The translations under genes and the position numbers were made by a program. From Isurus oxyrinchus (Eukaryota): a stretch of DNA of 64,000 nt. Positions 60,591 through 64,000 of the stretch are shown here, in pieces. The DNA is taken from contig JANJGN010000088.1 of assembly GCA_026770705.1 (NCBI GenBank), positions 1,240,001 to 1,304,000 of the forward strand. Reading direction: 5' to 3'. Within the stretch, counting starts at the first letter, position 1. Every line of letters starts with the position of its first letter. The notes below the pieces were generated by a model. It made no database searches. It saw only the letters and a list, made by a program, of their open reading frames with translations, and was not told the origin of the DNA.

Positions 60591-62699
60591 CATTGTGTTA
60601 AATGGTCACTCTCAGAGGGGCAGGTCTTTGGATGCAGAGTTTCCAGGAACAGAACACAGACACCAAGAGAGGATTTTGGAAACAGAAGGCCGCTCAGTCA
60701 TCTGGGCAGACAAATGATGCTAGAAACACAATTCTGAGCACCAGACCTCAGGGAAGAGGTGAATACCTTAGAAAGGGTGCAGAGGATGTTTTTACCAGGA
60801 TGTTACCAGGGATGAGGACTTCAGTTATGAGGAGAAGTGTGAAATGCTGGGACTGTTCTCTTTGGGAGCTCCAGAATTGCCTCCTTAAACCTCTCCACTT
60901 CTCTCCCTTCCTTTAAGACACTTTTCCAATCATAAAACTCTTTAAACAAGCATTTGGTCATCTACACTAATATCTCTTTATGTGGCTTGGTGTTAAATTT
61001 TGTTTAATAATGTTCCTGTGAAGCACCGTGGAATGTTTTACAATGTTAAAGGTGCTGTATAAATACAAGTTGTTGTTGTTGTTGGAACAGTGAATGTTCA
61101 GAGGTGACCTAATAGATGGTGTGCAGTTTTATAAAAGACCACCTGTCCCCCGACCTCCCCCATTGCTTACAAATGGTTCTTGGACTTTACAATTTATAAA
61201 GAACAAAACAGACAGAAAAGAGTTTGGCTCAATCATAAACTTGTTGCTTTATTTTGCCCACTAATATCCCCAGTACAGATACCTCAAAGATCCGTTGAAA
61301 TGACATAGAAACCATCACCCCCCCAGAAGAATAAACAACCTGTCCCCAGTACAAAACACCCTGGGGTTTGACTGACAGACCACAAGCTCATAAAAAATAA
61401 ACACACCTTCTACGAAATGAAAGCAAGTAAAAGCTCTGAAGAAGAGCCATACGGACTCGAAACGTTAACTCTGTTTCTCTCTCCACAGATCCTGTCAAAC
61501 GTGCTGAGATTTTCCAGCATTTTCTGTTTTTAATTCGATGTTCTACAAAAGTTCCCCAAAATTAAGCAAATACCCCAGTTCAAATCCTCCTGTGACTAGC
61601 TGAAATGAGCACCTTCAATTCCCAGCTGCTCCATACTGCGAATTGACCGCTGTCCCCCTTGAGCCACAACAAAGTCACTGCGACTTGTTAAAATCTGACA
61701 AAACACAGACAAAACATTCCACCTTTATCCCAAAACCTTACAAATCCTCAGACCATTTGGCTGAAACACCAACAGTACCCAACATGGCTGGACTGTCTAA
61801 TGTTGATTGTTGGTCCTGAGTCAAGATGACCAGTCCTGACCCTTCTTCCACCTGCAGGCCCCAACTCTGCTATGCTCTTCTTTTTATAATGATTCAACTC
61901 AAACATATTCCCTGTTGTTCTGTTGAAGGGTCATGAGGACTTGAAATGTCAACTCTTCTCCGCTGATGCTGCCAGACCTGCTGAGTTTTTCCAGGTAATT
62001 CTGTTTTTGTTTTGGATTTCCAGCATCCGCAGTTTTTTGGGTTTTTTTCCCTGTTGTTCATGCTGCTCCAATATCTGGTAACTAACACCTTCTTAATTTA
62101 TTTCATGCAAACTCCTGACGAATATGATCAGCTCATGCTGGTTGAAAAAATACAGTCATTCCATGGAAAAATAGCCCAGATGAATATGATCAGCTCTCAT
62201 ACTATTTAAACAATTCTCCTGCTGTTTTGAAGCAGTACAGTAACAGCACCTAGGTTGATGAAGGTTAGAATGTCCCATTCCTCTCCTCGAGAGGAACCAC
62301 TCATAGATACAATGGCCAGATTCCAGAATCGTTGTCTATGATGCCGGCCTTAGTTGTGTTACAATTCCTTAATTGTATTATGTGGATGGCGTGTTCCTTG
62401 TACCATTGTATAGGGTAATCCGTCTCTTAATCGCATTAGCCAATGGCAGGTAATGGCATTTCCCTGGTACTATTGTCCCAAGATAGCAATCAGTCAATGT
62501 CTGAATCCTTTTGATGAGCCACTGTCTTTTACGAAATGTCCGAATTAGCCGCTTGCTGCCCAGCTCTGTGCTGTTGGCTGCAGCTTGGGTTTTGTATGTT
62601 ACAGTTCAAAACATGAAGTCAAAACATGTCCATGGGTTTGGATTTTTCTATTCCATAAATTTCCCAGTTGGAGGGACTTCCAATCCTGCAGTTTTGAAA

Positions 62700-63030
62700 G
62701 GATAGATATAGACAAACTCATCCATCTGGTGAATGGGTCAGTAACATGACTTAAAATCATTGGCAAAAGATCGAGAAGGGAGGTGAAGAGAATTGTTTTC
62801 GCTCAGAGAGTTGTTGGGATCTGGAAAACTCTGACTGAAAGATGGTGGAAGCTGTTTCCATAAATAATTTTCAAAGGGAGTTGACAGCTAACTGAAGAGG
62901 AAGAACTTAGAGGGTTACAGACAAAAAGCAGGAGTGTGGGACTGAACACAACTGCTCTTTCACAGAGCCAGCACAGGCACAATGGGCTGAGTGGCCTCCT
63001 TGTGCTGTAAGGTTTTATGGTTCTATGATT
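62700..63030 (+). mobile_element. CR1 3' fragment
   Basis: cagagagttgttgggatctggaa...gagccagcacaggcacaatgggctgagtggcctcct...ttctatgatt. Confidence 0.75.
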
Positions 63031-63229
63031 CGAACTTACTGATTGAACCAAAGTTCATCTCCTCTGATGGTAACCTGCATCTACAGAGCTCCTTTCACAA
63101 ACTCAAGACATCCCAAAGTACACTGCAACCAATGAAGTACTTTTTGAAGTGTCGTCACTGTTGCAATGTAGGAAAGGCAGGAGACAAATTGTGCACAGCA
63201 AGATCCCACACACAGCAATGAGATGAAAT

Positions 63230-64000
63230 GACCAAATAATTTTAATGATAAATTGGGAAAATAAATTGAATAATATGATGAAGAATAAGCAATGGCAAAC
63301 ATTTCAAGAATTAATTCAAATTTGTAACGTATATACATTCCATTAAAGAATAAAAACACCCATGGAGAAAGAATTCCTACAAGAGAAGTTGAGGATAGTA
63401 TGAGATTCATGGAAGAGGCTTATAATGTTAGAATAGTAAGCCTGAGGATTGGGTGGATTTTAATATTCAGGAACTGATGACCAAGTAATTGATAAAGAAA
63501 GAGAAAATAGAAGAGGAGAGGAAACTAGAAGAAAACACCAAATCATATTCTAAAAGCTTCTGTCGTAATGTGTGTAGTTCTAGACAACTTACCCACGGAA
63601 GGATATACTAACCTTGAAGAGAATGCAGCAAAGTTTCATTAGACTTGTTTCTGGGGCAATTTTTTAATTCTTCTCTGGCCACGGGGGAGGTGCCAGAGGA
63701 CTGTAGAACAGCTAATGTTGTTCTGCTATTTAAGAAGGGTTGTCAAGATAAGCCAGGGAACTACAGACCAGTGAGTCTCACGTCAGTGGCAGGGAAACTA
63801 CTGGAGAAAATTCTGAAGGAGAGAATCTATTTCCACCTGGAGAGGCAAGGTTTGTTCAGGGATAGTCAGCATGGCTTTGTCAGAGGGAGGTCACGCCTAA
63901 CAAATTTGATTGAATTTTTTTGAGGAGGTGACCAGGTGTGTAGTTGAGGGTAGTGCAGTTGATGTAGTTTATATGGATTTCAGCAAAGCCTCTGACAAGG
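63230..64000 (+). mobile_element. CR1 ORF2 fragments (run off the window end)
   Basis: PGNYRPVSLTSVAGKLLE...SQHGFVRGRS..TNLIEFF, YMDFSKA. Confidence 0.9.

Overview
Eukaryotic, repeat-rich DNA from a cartilaginous fish (shark-type Ig cluster, CR1 LINEs and tRNA-derived SINEs); it is not prokaryotic and has no CRISPR array. The core of the window (about 21.4-55.6 kb, minus strand) is one complete, unrearranged immunoglobulin heavy-chain minicluster of the IgW (IgD-related) class. Its order is Leader-V(23)-(12)D1(23)-(12)D2(23)-(12)D3(12)-(23)J-CH1-CH2-secA-CH3-CH4-secB-CH5-CH6-secA'-CH7-CH8-CH9-CH10/long secretory tail-TM1-TM2-TM1'-TM2'. Many of these exons (J, three D segments, three cysteine-rich secretory tail exons, four TM exons) are not in the ORF track and were read by hand. 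Four features are unusual. A [Cys-rich secretory exon + CH pair] module is triplicated, giving 10 C exons and potential secreted forms with 2, 4, 6 and 9/10 C domains. The CH7 splice acceptor is destroyed by a 1-bp deletion. The whole TM1/TM2 cassette is tandemly duplicated. A recent D duplication gives a V-D-D-D-J cluster. The flanks contain an LTR element with a tRNA-Ser PBS and a 54-bp tandem array, a decayed Gmr1-type Gypsy element, nested CR1 and other LINE fragments, SINEs, MITE-like elements and several minisatellites (41, 43, 54, 57, 69 and 72 bp units). Exon and RSS coordinates were counted by hand; transposon boundaries are approximate.
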